This document shows, in pieces, positions 9,073 to 17,318 of a stretch of DNA of 64,000 nt. Source of the DNA: Chloroflexota bacterium (GTDB lineage Bacteria > Chloroflexota > Anaerolineae > Aggregatilineales > UBA3940); NCBI GenBank assembly GCA_010092885.1, contig JAADYX010000098.1, positions 2,051 to 66,050 on the forward strand, given 5' to 3'. How positions within the stretch are numbered: position 1 is the first letter of the stretch; every line of letters begins with the position of its first letter. Position numbers and translations under genes: made by a program. The notes under the pieces were generated by a model. The model was not told the origin of the DNA and ran no database searches. It saw nothing but the letters and a program-made list of their open reading frames with translations.

Positions 9073-9740
9073 CACAATGGTTGGTCGTCGCGGGGAATAT
9101 AGGGGTTGGCAAGAGTACACTGACGCACATGCTTGCTGACCGGTTGGCATGGGAGCCGCTGTACGAGGCTGTCGATGATAACCCGTATCTCAGTGATTTC
9201 TACACGGACATGCCGCGTTGGAGCTTCCATTCCCAGACGTTCTTTCTGACACGGCGGCTGCAACAGATCCGCGAGATCGAGCGGTCCGAGCATCCAATTG
9301 TCCAAGATCGCAGCATCTACGAAGATGCTGAAGTATTCGCGCGCAACCTGTATAACCAGGGCAACATGACTCAACGCGACTGGCATCTCTACCGTGATCT
9401 GTACGAATATGTCGTCGAGCTGCTGCCCTCACCAACGTTGGTCGTTTATCTGAGGGCATCGGTCAACACATTGGTCAACCGGATCAAGCTGCGAGGCCGT
9501 GACTATGAACGGCGCATCAACCCCGGTTACCTGGCTCGCTTAAACGCGCTCTACGATTTGTGGGTGGAGAATTATGCCCGCAGCCCTGTGCTGACTGTAC
9601 CGGCTGACGATTTGGACTTTGTGACACATGGTGCGCATTTCGATCTGATCGTGGAGAAGATCGAGGCGGTTTTTCGCGGTGTAACCGAGGTGAGTTTTGC
9701 ACCCGAGGAGATAGCTCGCGCGCTGGAACACGCAGCCTGA
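9069..9740 (+). CDS. Deoxynucleoside kinase (dAK/dGK/dCK family), second tandem copy
   Basis: 223 aa. The ATG overlaps the upstream stop (ATGA). Motifs: P-loop AGNIGVGKSTL, DRS motif QDRSIYEDAEVFA, and lid RIKLRGRDYE. Confidence 0.85.
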   Translation: MTQWLVVAGNIGVGKSTLTHMLADRLAWEPLYEAVDDNPYLSDFYTDMPRWSFHSQTFFLTRRLQQIREIERSEHPIVQDRSIYEDAEVFARNLYNQGNMTQRDWHLYRDLYEYVVELLPSPTLVVYLRASVNTLVNRIKLRGRDYERRINPGYLARLNALYDLWVENYARSPVLTVPADDLDFVTHGAHFDLIVEKIEAVFRGVTEVSFAPEEIARALEHAA

Positions 9741-9745
9741 TCACC

Positions 9746-11113
9746 CTAGGGAATGCGATCCGTGCCCAAGAGAATCTCAAGATCGTAGTCGCTTTGCTGC
9801 CCGGGTTCGGCCATCCGTATGGCTGCCTCGGGCAGGTCCAGCAGGTTAATGATGTACCGCGCTGTATTCTCGGCACTGCCGTACACCACAATCACCGTCT
9901 CGCTGCTTGTATCCGTGTTGGCGATGTTCGCGACCGTCAGGCCTGCAGCGCTCAGTTGGTTGGCCGTCTCCGTAGCGAAACCCTCCTGCTGTGTGCCGTT
10001 TAATACACTGATCGCTGCGTTCTCAGCAGCAGCCTCAGAGGCCAGCGCACGTTCCTCCGGGCTGCACTGGCCGGTCCCGTTGAATACATCGGCGATCAGC
10101 TGGGTCATTTGGTCGCGGATGGGTACCAACACCTGCGATCCATCGGCCTGTGTGAGCGGATCGATGTAGGCTTCATCAATCACCACCGAGCAGATGTTCT
10201 CATCGGGTATCTCAGCAGCGAGGCGCGCCAGCTCGATCATCTGTCCCAGCGAGAGATTGGTTGTCAATCCACTCTGCGCTATCTGGTAGATCTGCGGTGC
10301 CTGCGTAAGCAAGGCGGGCACCTGGTCTGTGGTGAGGACGTGGTCACGGATCGCGTAGATGACCTGCTGCTGCCGCGCCGCTCGGTCGAAGTCCGCCCCG
10401 TAGGTAGCCCGGGTGCGTGCATATTTCAGCAGAGTCTCGCCGTCAAGGCAGTGTTCACCCTGCTCAATGATGAACGGATCGTACCCGTAGGCCTCGTCCG
10501 GATACTCTTCGTCAACGATTGTCTCCGGTACAGTTATCGGGATGCACCCGATCTCGTCCACAACGTCTTCAAACGCCTGAAAGTTGATCGTCGCATAATA
10601 GGGCACAGGCCGCCCGACGACGCTTTGCTGCACGGTGCGCATCGCCAGAATGGGCCCACCGCCACCCGGATAGTTGTCCGCCTCACCCCGAAAGTAGGCG
10701 GTGTTGATCCGGTCAAAGGTGTTGTAGTCCGGAATCTGCACCCACAGGTCGCGCGGAATGGAGATCATGCCTGCCCGCCGGGAGACAGGGTCAATGGTCA
10801 CCAGGATCATGGTATCTGTGCGGGCAGGTCCCGTTTCGATCTCCCGACCGTCAATGCCCATCACCAGAACGGTCACCCGACCCTCAACCCATTCCGGATC
10901 CACGGTAGGCTCGCCTTCGATCTGCACCGGTGAGTCGGAGTCACCTGGTGGCTGGCCCACAAATTCGCCCTGGGGGCCCAGCGGTGCCGACGCCACCACA
11001 TTCCGGACCCCGGTAAACGTGAATAAACCCAGCGCCACGACGCCAACGACAAATCCACCAAGCAGTGTGTAAACAAGCCATTCCGGTATATTTCCGGTAG
11101 GAAGGTTCTGCAT
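9746..11113 (-). CDS. LytR-CpsA-Psr (LCP) family cell-wall glycopolymer ligase with a C-terminal LytR_C-like domain
   Basis: 455 aa with an N-terminal TM helix. The LCP core reads VLVMGIDGRE...RTDTMILVTIDPVSRRAGMISIPRDLWV. Confidence 0.85.
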   Translation of the reverse strand: MQNLPTGNIPEWLVYTLLGGFVVGVVALGLFTFTGVRNVVASAPLGPQGEFVGQPPGDSDSPVQIEGEPTVDPEWVEGRVTVLVMGIDGREIETGPARTDTMILVTIDPVSRRAGMISIPRDLWVQIPDYNTFDRINTAYFRGEADNYPGGGGPILAMRTVQQSVVGRPVPYYATINFQAFEDVVDEIGCIPITVPETIVDEEYPDEAYGYDPFIIEQGEHCLDGETLLKYARTRATYGADFDRAARQQQVIYAIRDHVLTTDQVPALLTQAPQIYQIAQSGLTTNLSLGQMIELARLAAEIPDENICSVVIDEAYIDPLTQADGSQVLVPIRDQMTQLIADVFNGTGQCSPEERALASEAAAENAAISVLNGTQQEGFATETANQLSAAGLTVANIANTDTSSETVIVVYGSAENTARYIINLLDLPEAAIRMAEPGQQSDYDLEILLGTDRIP

Positions 11114-11121
11114 ACTTGTCC

Positions 11122-13164
11122 CTACTGTGACCGTGAGAAGTAGTACAGCCTACTGCCCGCTGTCACATAGATGTACGGAGGACGTTCCAATGTGTACACA
11201 CCGGAAATCGAGTCGAAGAGTTGGTCACTGCCATCCCGGTAGTGGCGCAAGAAGGTGCCGGTCGGTGCGACTGTATACAGCCGTCCACCTCCCGGATCAG
11301 CGATGAAGAAGGCGCGCTCGGTCAACCCGAGATTAACGTGAAGTGCTGCGGGTCGTGCCAGCGGCTGAGGCAGACCTTCAAACGTGAAGGTCTCTTCACG
11401 CCCAAGAAAGTACTTGCTGATTTCACCGTCAGAATGCAGCACATAGACATTGCCGTTCGTGTCGATCTGCAGATCCACTGCATCGGAGAGATCGGGCTCA
11501 ATATCCGTGAAATACCGTTGGGGGGCACTTGCATAAGCATCCTCACTGGCCTGATACCGCCAGATCTCATTCGCACCCGCATCAAGGATATACAGATCAC
11601 GTTCGTAAACAGTGATAGCACGTGGGTCCTGCCAGGCTTCAAACCCCGGCAGGATGAATGCATCCACATCGGAGCTTGGCGAATAGGTAATCAGCAGCCC
11701 GCTGCGCGAAAGCACGGCCAGGACATCGCGCACGGGCACACCTCCGTCTTCCATCCACGCCATATCGATCAAACCGCTGACCACCTGGTCGGCGATCAAC
11801 TGCCCTCGGCGCGCGATGATCTGGGGTTCACGGTTGGTGAGCCGGGTGCCGCTTTCATCGAGATTGTCCCGGTAGAGGATGTCCTGCGTTTCATCAATGA
11901 CATACACATCCAACCCCTGGATGATGGGCCCGTTGAGATCAGAGCCCTGTGGATACTCGCGCAGCAGTTGGGGTGAGATCCGGGTAACATAGTCATACCG
12001 GTCCAAGGCACCAAGTACCTCTATACGTAGATCGTCAATATCTGGACTGGCAGGCCGCAGCGCTGCGGCCTCATCGAGTAGAAAGAGTGCATTCTCCCAG
12101 TGCGGTCTTGCCAATGATTGGTTGCCTGCTGCCGCCGTCGCCAAATCGATCTCGTTCTGCGCCTCGCGCACCAGCTGCTCATAGTCACTGGCCTGCCCCT
12201 GTACTCGGTAGACAAATGTCGTCATCAACGCAACGATAATCGCTACGGCCGCGGCCACGGCGACCTGCATGCCGGGTGCCAGCCGTGCCGCCAAGGGATT
12301 GTCGCCAGAGGGCAGCATGTTCTCCACGAGAGTACGGGTATTGTCAGTGGCCTTGGCCATGCCCATCAATGCACTGCTGCCAGCTTCTTGCAGGCGGGAA
12401 GGACTGTCTTCAGCGGCACCCGGTTCTGGAGGAGGGGCAGTCCCCGGCTTGCTCAGGGCTTCGCTGGTCTCCACCCCTAAATCCTGCAATGGAGACACGA
12501 ACTTGATCACATCCGCTGTGGAGAACTCGCCGGCAACGGTCGCCAGATTGTTTAACGTCACATCGATATCGCCTGTGCTCAACGCGTGCCGGAGCGTTGT
12601 ATCGGTCAGCCGGTTGAGCGAAGCATCGCTGAGGATCAGGAAGTCGCCCGGTTCGATCTCATACCGGGAAAAGCGCATATCCGGCTCAGGATATTCACCC
12701 AACGGAAGGATGCCGTCCTGCAAGTCAGCGTTGGTTGGGAGGCGTTCAACGGTATCGTTGTGGATAAAAAAGCATCGAGCAAGCCCCGCCACCGCCACAT
12801 AGACTTCGGCATCACGCAGGACGGCACAGGCCAGACCCACCGAAATCGGCGCGCTTTCCTGAGCGTTTAGTTGGACAAGCTTTTCGTTCAGATGGCTGAT
12901 GGCCTGCCGCAGGGCAGCCGTGACACTGCCCGGCGTGCTGAAATATGTGCCCGATACCTGAGCGGTCAGCTGCTCGTAGAATGCAGCCGAGTGGTGCTGC
13001 TCTTCGCTTAGCGAGATCAGGGCGAAGAGGGTATCGTCATCGCGGCCCCGTGCGGGTTTGCGCGGGGCGGGCATAGCCAGCGCACCAGGTGATGCAGTCC
13101 GTACGGTGCGCCCACCCACAATAAAGAGATGCCCCACCAGGGCTTCAAGGGCTTGATCGCTCAT
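11122..13164 (-). CDS. Membrane protein: cytoplasmic degenerate PP2C-like domain, one TM helix, and an extracytoplasmic beta-propeller-like repeat region
   Basis: The track ORF runs 11122..13224 from a TTG. I prefer the ATG at 13164 (MSDQALEAL...), which follows gaagg. The PP2C-like pattern is VGLACAVLRDAEVYVAVAGLARCFFIHNDTVERLP...GDFLILSDASL. The TM helix is MQVAVAAAVAIIVALMTTFVY. C-terminal repeats include DLYILDAGANEIWRY, NGNVYVLHSDGEISKY and AFFIADPGGGRLYTV. Confidence 0.6.
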   Translation of the reverse strand: MSDQALEALVGHLFIVGGRTVRTASPGALAMPAPRKPARGRDDDTLFALISLSEEQHHSAAFYEQLTAQVSGTYFSTPGSVTAALRQAISHLNEKLVQLNAQESAPISVGLACAVLRDAEVYVAVAGLARCFFIHNDTVERLPTNADLQDGILPLGEYPEPDMRFSRYEIEPGDFLILSDASLNRLTDTTLRHALSTGDIDVTLNNLATVAGEFSTADVIKFVSPLQDLGVETSEALSKPGTAPPPEPGAAEDSPSRLQEAGSSALMGMAKATDNTRTLVENMLPSGDNPLAARLAPGMQVAVAAAVAIIVALMTTFVYRVQGQASDYEQLVREAQNEIDLATAAAGNQSLARPHWENALFLLDEAAALRPASPDIDDLRIEVLGALDRYDYVTRISPQLLREYPQGSDLNGPIIQGLDVYVIDETQDILYRDNLDESGTRLTNREPQIIARRGQLIADQVVSGLIDMAWMEDGGVPVRDVLAVLSRSGLLITYSPSSDVDAFILPGFEAWQDPRAITVYERDLYILDAGANEIWRYQASEDAYASAPQRYFTDIEPDLSDAVDLQIDTNGNVYVLHSDGEISKYFLGREETFTFEGLPQPLARPAALHVNLGLTERAFFIADPGGGRLYTVAPTGTFLRHYRDGSDQLFDSISGVYTLERPPYIYVTAGSRLYYFSRSQ

Positions 13165-13241
13165 GCTTTGGCCTTCTACGGTGTGCGTGACGCCGATCCT
13201 GCCGCAATTCTCGCCGGGTAGCAAGTTGTACAGGAGCAGCC

Positions 13242-14144
13242 GTGAAGAGAATCTGGATACTATTCGTGGTGAGCAGCATAGCCCTCACCGGGTGCCTTGC
13301 CCCTACACCTACCCTTATCCCCACCCCGACTCCCATTCCTTCCGCCACCGCCACCGCAACGACCATCCCGCCGACTGTGCCAGCACCCACGGCCACCCCT
13401 ACACTCCGACCGACTCGTACACCGAATCCCACCGCGCAGGGCATTACTACTGTTGAGACCAACGCGGAGTGGACGCCCATCATTCAGGAATTTGGTGGTG
13501 TGCTGATGGCTCTCGTTCCGGCGGGGTGCTTCACAATGGGCAGTACAATCGGTGACACGGATGAATTTCCGCTCACCGAGATCTGCTTTGAGACTCCCTT
13601 CTGGATTGACGTCACTGAAGTGACCAACGCTGCATTCGGCTCGAATGGTTTTCTCGGTGGCCCCGACCGCCCGCGTGACAACGTCACCCTGCCGGAAGCC
13701 ACCGCTCACTGTGAGGCACGCGGTGGGCGTCTCCCTACAGAGGCTGAATGGGAATACGCTGCTCGTGGTCCGGACAGCTGGGTATACCCGTGGGGCAATG
13801 AGTTCGTGGTAGAGCACAGCATCTTTGTTGGCAACTCGGATGGCGAGTCGGCGGCCGTGGGTACTGCATCCGGAGGTGTTTCCTGGGTAGGTGCGCTTGA
13901 TATGGGTGGCAACTTGTGGGAATGGACCACAACGATCTACGATGAGGACCGCTACCCCTACCCATACGATCCAACCGATGGACGAGAGGACAGGTCCGAC
14001 GAGAACAGCTACCGGGCGATCCGGGGTGGTGCTTTTAGCACGGATCCCTCCTTTGTGCGTGCCACCAGCCGCAAAGAGAAGCATCCTACGTTGGAATGGT
14101 ACGGGTATGTCGGCTTCCGCTGCGTGATGGACATTGAACCGTAG
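13242..14144 (+). CDS. Lipoprotein with a Pro/Thr tether and a SUMF1/FGE-family (EgtB/PvdO-like) domain
   Basis: 300 aa with a GTG start after aggag. The signal and lipobox read MKRIWILFVVSSIALTGC. FGE-family motifs are RGGRLPTEAEWEYAARG, GNLWEWT, RGGAF and GFRCV. Confidence 0.85.
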   Translation: MKRIWILFVVSSIALTGCLAPTPTLIPTPTPIPSATATATTIPPTVPAPTATPTLRPTRTPNPTAQGITTVETNAEWTPIIQEFGGVLMALVPAGCFTMGSTIGDTDEFPLTEICFETPFWIDVTEVTNAAFGSNGFLGGPDRPRDNVTLPEATAHCEARGGRLPTEAEWEYAARGPDSWVYPWGNEFVVEHSIFVGNSDGESAAVGTASGGVSWVGALDMGGNLWEWTTTIYDEDRYPYPYDPTDGREDRSDENSYRAIRGGAFSTDPSFVRATSRKEKHPTLEWYGYVGFRCVMDIEP

Positions 14145-14158
14145 GCTATAATGGCATT

Positions 14159-14581
14159 ATGTCAGCAGACCCCCAGGCACACAGCAGCGCAGTTGCAGCA
14201 GGCATCGTGATGGCCGTCATCGGATGGTCGGGGATTGTCTGGTTGGTGACCAGTCAATTTCCCACGGTTCCGTTCCGATGGTTGTTTTATGCCCTTCTGC
14301 ACATCGCCCTGACTGGCACAGCCCTGCCTTTTATCCGGTTTGTGTATGCACGCTTTGCCCGTGACGGCGGTGCCTATGTGCCCTCAGGCACGCTTATCCG
14401 CCAGGCTATGTGGTTTGGCGTGCTAGGTTCTGCCGCTGCCCGGCTGGCGATCCCACGGCTGTTCTCGCTGCCGATGATCGTTGTGGTCGCGGTTGGCTTG
14501 GCTGTGATCGAAGGTCTGCTGCGGCTACGAGAAACTGCCGGATGGCAGCCAAAGGAGAGACGTGATGAAATCCGATCTTGA
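14159..14581 (+). CDS. Hypothetical integral membrane protein (about 4 TM segments)
   Basis: 140 aa with hydrophobic spans. It overlaps the start of the next gene. I recognise no motif. Confidence 0.5.
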   Translation: MSADPQAHSSAVAAGIVMAVIGWSGIVWLVTSQFPTVPFRWLFYALLHIALTGTALPFIRFVYARFARDGGAYVPSGTLIRQAMWFGVLGSAAARLAIPRLFSLPMIVVVAVGLAVIEGLLRLRETAGWQPKERRDEIRS

Positions 14582-15785
14582 TCGTTTAATGGAGGAGCGC
14601 GGCTTCGACGCTCTGATCGTCTATGGCCCTGCCGAGGGCAATGCCCCCCTCCGCTATTTGAGCAACGGCGCAAAAGTGACGCACGCCACAGTCGTCAAAA
14701 AGCGCGGCGAACAACCCGTACTGGTTGTAGGCGGTATGGAGCGGGATGAGGCCGCACGCAGTGGCCTGCCAATTGTGCTGGATACGGAATTCAACTTCCA
14801 CCAGCATTATAAGGATACCGGTGACCGCTTTGAGACGACTCTGCGCATGTACGTTGAGATGTTCGAACACTTTGATCTGAGCGGTACGGTTAGCTTCTAT
14901 GGGATAAGCAGCCCCGGGGCGGCTTTGGTCTTCCTCACGGAACTTGGAAAGCGCCTACCTCATGTGACGCTGACCGGAGAGGCGACACGCTCGATCTTCG
15001 ATGAGGCGGGCATCACCAAGGATGCCGATGAGATTGCCGCACTGCACACCGTCGCCGAGCGAACCAATGCTGTCATGGCGGAGACCATTGCATTTATCCG
15101 CTCACATGCTGTTGAGGATGAGCAGTTGCTCAAGGAGGACGGTACCCCCCTGACCGTTGGCGATGTAAAACGCCAGGTGCGCGCCCGCCTGCTCTACTAC
15201 GGTTTGGAGGAGGCCCACGATATGATCTTCGCCATCGGTAGGGATGGCGGTGTACCTCATTCTCGCGGCGAGGAGAATGCCCCACTGGAATTGGGCAAAG
15301 CCATCGTTTTCGATCTCTTCCCGCGTGATCCGGTGACCGGCTATTTCCATGACATGACGCGCACCTTTTCACTCGGTTACGCTGCTGAAGAAGTGCAGCA
15401 TGCCTACGAGCAGGTGATGCAGGCCTTTAATGCGGTCATGGATGAACTGGCTGTCGGGCAGCCGACTGCTCGTTATCAGGACCTTGTCTGCGATATCTTC
15501 GAGGAACATGGTCACAAGACTCCGCGCTCTGAGCCTGGAACGACTGAAGGCTATGTGCACAGTCTTGGTCATGGGATCGGGATTAACCTGCACGAGAGCC
15601 CAACCTTCCGCGAACACTCTGAGGATATACTGGCCGCCGGGCAGGTGTTCACAATTGAGCCGGGACTTTACTATCCAGACAAGGGTTTCGGCATCCGGGT
15701 GGAGGATACCATCTATATTGATCCTGAAGGCGGCATTCATTCACTGACACCGACACCCAAAGATCTGGTGATCCCCATCCCATGA
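14565..15785 (+). CDS. Xaa-Pro aminopeptidase / M24B family metallopeptidase
   Basis: HSLGHGIGINLHESP and FTIEPGLYY...GIRVED. I prefer the ATG at 14565, 7 nt after aggag, over the GTG at 14562. Confidence 0.9.
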   Translation: MKSDLDRLMEERGFDALIVYGPAEGNAPLRYLSNGAKVTHATVVKKRGEQPVLVVGGMERDEAARSGLPIVLDTEFNFHQHYKDTGDRFETTLRMYVEMFEHFDLSGTVSFYGISSPGAALVFLTELGKRLPHVTLTGEATRSIFDEAGITKDADEIAALHTVAERTNAVMAETIAFIRSHAVEDEQLLKEDGTPLTVGDVKRQVRARLLYYGLEEAHDMIFAIGRDGGVPHSRGEENAPLELGKAIVFDLFPRDPVTGYFHDMTRTFSLGYAAEEVQHAYEQVMQAFNAVMDELAVGQPTARYQDLVCDIFEEHGHKTPRSEPGTTEGYVHSLGHGIGINLHESPTFREHSEDILAAGQVFTIEPGLYYPDKGFGIRVEDTIYIDPEGGIHSLTPTPKDLVIPIP

Positions 15786-16807
15786 TCCTCGGGATTGAAA
15801 CCTCTTGTGACGAGACCGCGGCCGCGGTTGTCGAGGAGGGCACTGCCATCCTGTCGAACGTGGTGGCCTCCCAGGTTGATCTGCATGCACAATATGGTGG
15901 CATCTTTCCGGAGGTTGCCTCGCGTGCTCACATTGAGCGCATTTATCCCGTTGTGGATCGTGCACTAAAGGGGGCCGGCGTTACCCTCGCTGACCTGGAG
16001 GGTGTTGCCGTCACACAGGGCCCAGGCCTGCCCGGTTCGCTTGTCGTGGGCATCAATATGGCGAAGGGGCTGGCATTGGGCAGTGGCCTGCCCCTCTATG
16101 CCATTAACCATTTGGAAGGCCATCTGTATTCCCTTTGGCTGTCCGACAATCCCCCCGGGGAATTTCCCATCGTGGCGCTGGTGGTTTCCGGTGGCCATAC
16201 GGAACTCCTTCTGCTGCACGGCCACGGCGAATACCAGCGCCTGGGCGGCACGTTGGACGATGCCGCCGGTGAAGCCTTCGACAAAGTGGGACGGCTTTTA
16301 GGCCTGCCTTACCCAGGCGGCCCGAGCATTCAACGTGCTTCTGAAGACGGGGATCCCAACGCCGTGGATTTCCCTCGGGTGTGGCTGCGCGGCGATCACG
16401 GCGAGCGCACTTATAATTTCAGCTTCAGTGGACTCAAGACACAGGTGCTCCGGGAGATCCGCCGGGACGTGCCGGACTACAAACCGGATGACCCGCTGCC
16501 TGCGTCCTTCCCTGTTGCGGATATGGCAGCCAGCTTTCAGGCGGCTGTGGTAGAGGTCCTTGTCGGCAAGACAGTCCGTGCGGCCCACGAAACAGGCGCA
16601 AAAGAGATCCACGTTTCCGGTGGTGTCTCTGCCAATGCCGCCCTGCGGGAGGCGATCACCAGCGAGGCACCGATCCCGGTGCGTGTCCCGCCGCTCGCCC
16701 TGACCGGCGATAACGCCGCTATGATTGCCGCCGCGGCTTACTGGCATCGGCGCGATCCGTCATCGCTCAGTTTTGATGTTCGGACAACGTGGCGGCTCGG
16801 TCTCTGA
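15782..16807 (+). CDS. tsaD: tRNA N6-adenosine threonylcarbamoyltransferase
   Basis: 341 aa. Motifs: ILGIETSCDETAAAVV, INHLEGHL and VVSGGHTEL. There is an ATGA overlap with the upstream gene. Confidence 0.95.
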   Translation: MILGIETSCDETAAAVVEEGTAILSNVVASQVDLHAQYGGIFPEVASRAHIERIYPVVDRALKGAGVTLADLEGVAVTQGPGLPGSLVVGINMAKGLALGSGLPLYAINHLEGHLYSLWLSDNPPGEFPIVALVVSGGHTELLLLHGHGEYQRLGGTLDDAAGEAFDKVGRLLGLPYPGGPSIQRASEDGDPNAVDFPRVWLRGDHGERTYNFSFSGLKTQVLREIRRDVPDYKPDDPLPASFPVADMAASFQAAVVEVLVGKTVRAAHETGAKEIHVSGGVSANAALREAITSEAPIPVRVPPLALTGDNAAMIAAAAYWHRRDPSSLSFDVRTTWRLGL

Positions 16808-16928
16808 CGGCTGTTAGTCTATTGTATTACGAATAGTATATCATTTCCCTCTTCCCGGATAGCCGCAGGATCCACAGCATGCTAGAATAAAATCCTAAAG
16901 GGATCAGTACTGGTATGTGGGAGCATGT

Positions 16929-17318
16929 ATGGCAGGAGTAACACTTATCGTTTTGGGGGGCAGTCGCGGAAATCCGGGCGCGGGTTACGGCAGCTATGCT
17001 GTGATTCGCGGCAATGAACGCCGTATCACCCGGATCGAGTTCGGCGGCACCATGACCAACAATGAAGCCGAATATGATACGCTGATCACGGCGCTCAGAA
17101 CCCTGTTGAAGGCAGGCGCAGCCGATGATATGTTGGATATCCAAAGCGCGAATCAGGTAGTTGCCAAGCAGCTGCGGGGTCTGTGGAAAGCGTCTGATCC
17201 GGCGCTGCGGATGCGTTACATGAAAGCAAAGGACCTTTTGGGTCAGTTCAAAGGGTGGAAGGTCACGCGCATTTCACGCGAGCAGGCCGCCCATGAGGTT
17301 GCCAGCAGCGCACGATGA
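16929..17318 (+). CDS. RNase H-like (RNase HI/RVT_3 fold) protein with degenerate catalytic residues
   Basis: SRGNPGAGYGSYAV, TNNEAEYDTLITALRTL and LDIQSANQVV match the RNase HI scaffold. An alternative GTG start lies at 16917. The stop overlaps the ATG of the next gene. Confidence 0.7.
   Translation: MAGVTLIVLGGSRGNPGAGYGSYAVIRGNERRITRIEFGGTMTNNEAEYDTLITALRTLLKAGAADDMLDIQSANQVVAKQLRGLWKASDPALRMRYMKAKDLLGQFKGWKVTRISREQAAHEVASSAR

Noticed and set aside
16808-16928. The AT-rich 120 bp spacer after tsaD, considered as a possible small RNA or tRNA-like element
   Set aside because: I found no cloverleaf-compatible stems or conserved tRNA boxes, and only 5 bp palindromes. It more likely holds the promoter (tagaat) and 5' UTR of the RNase H-like/CDF operon.
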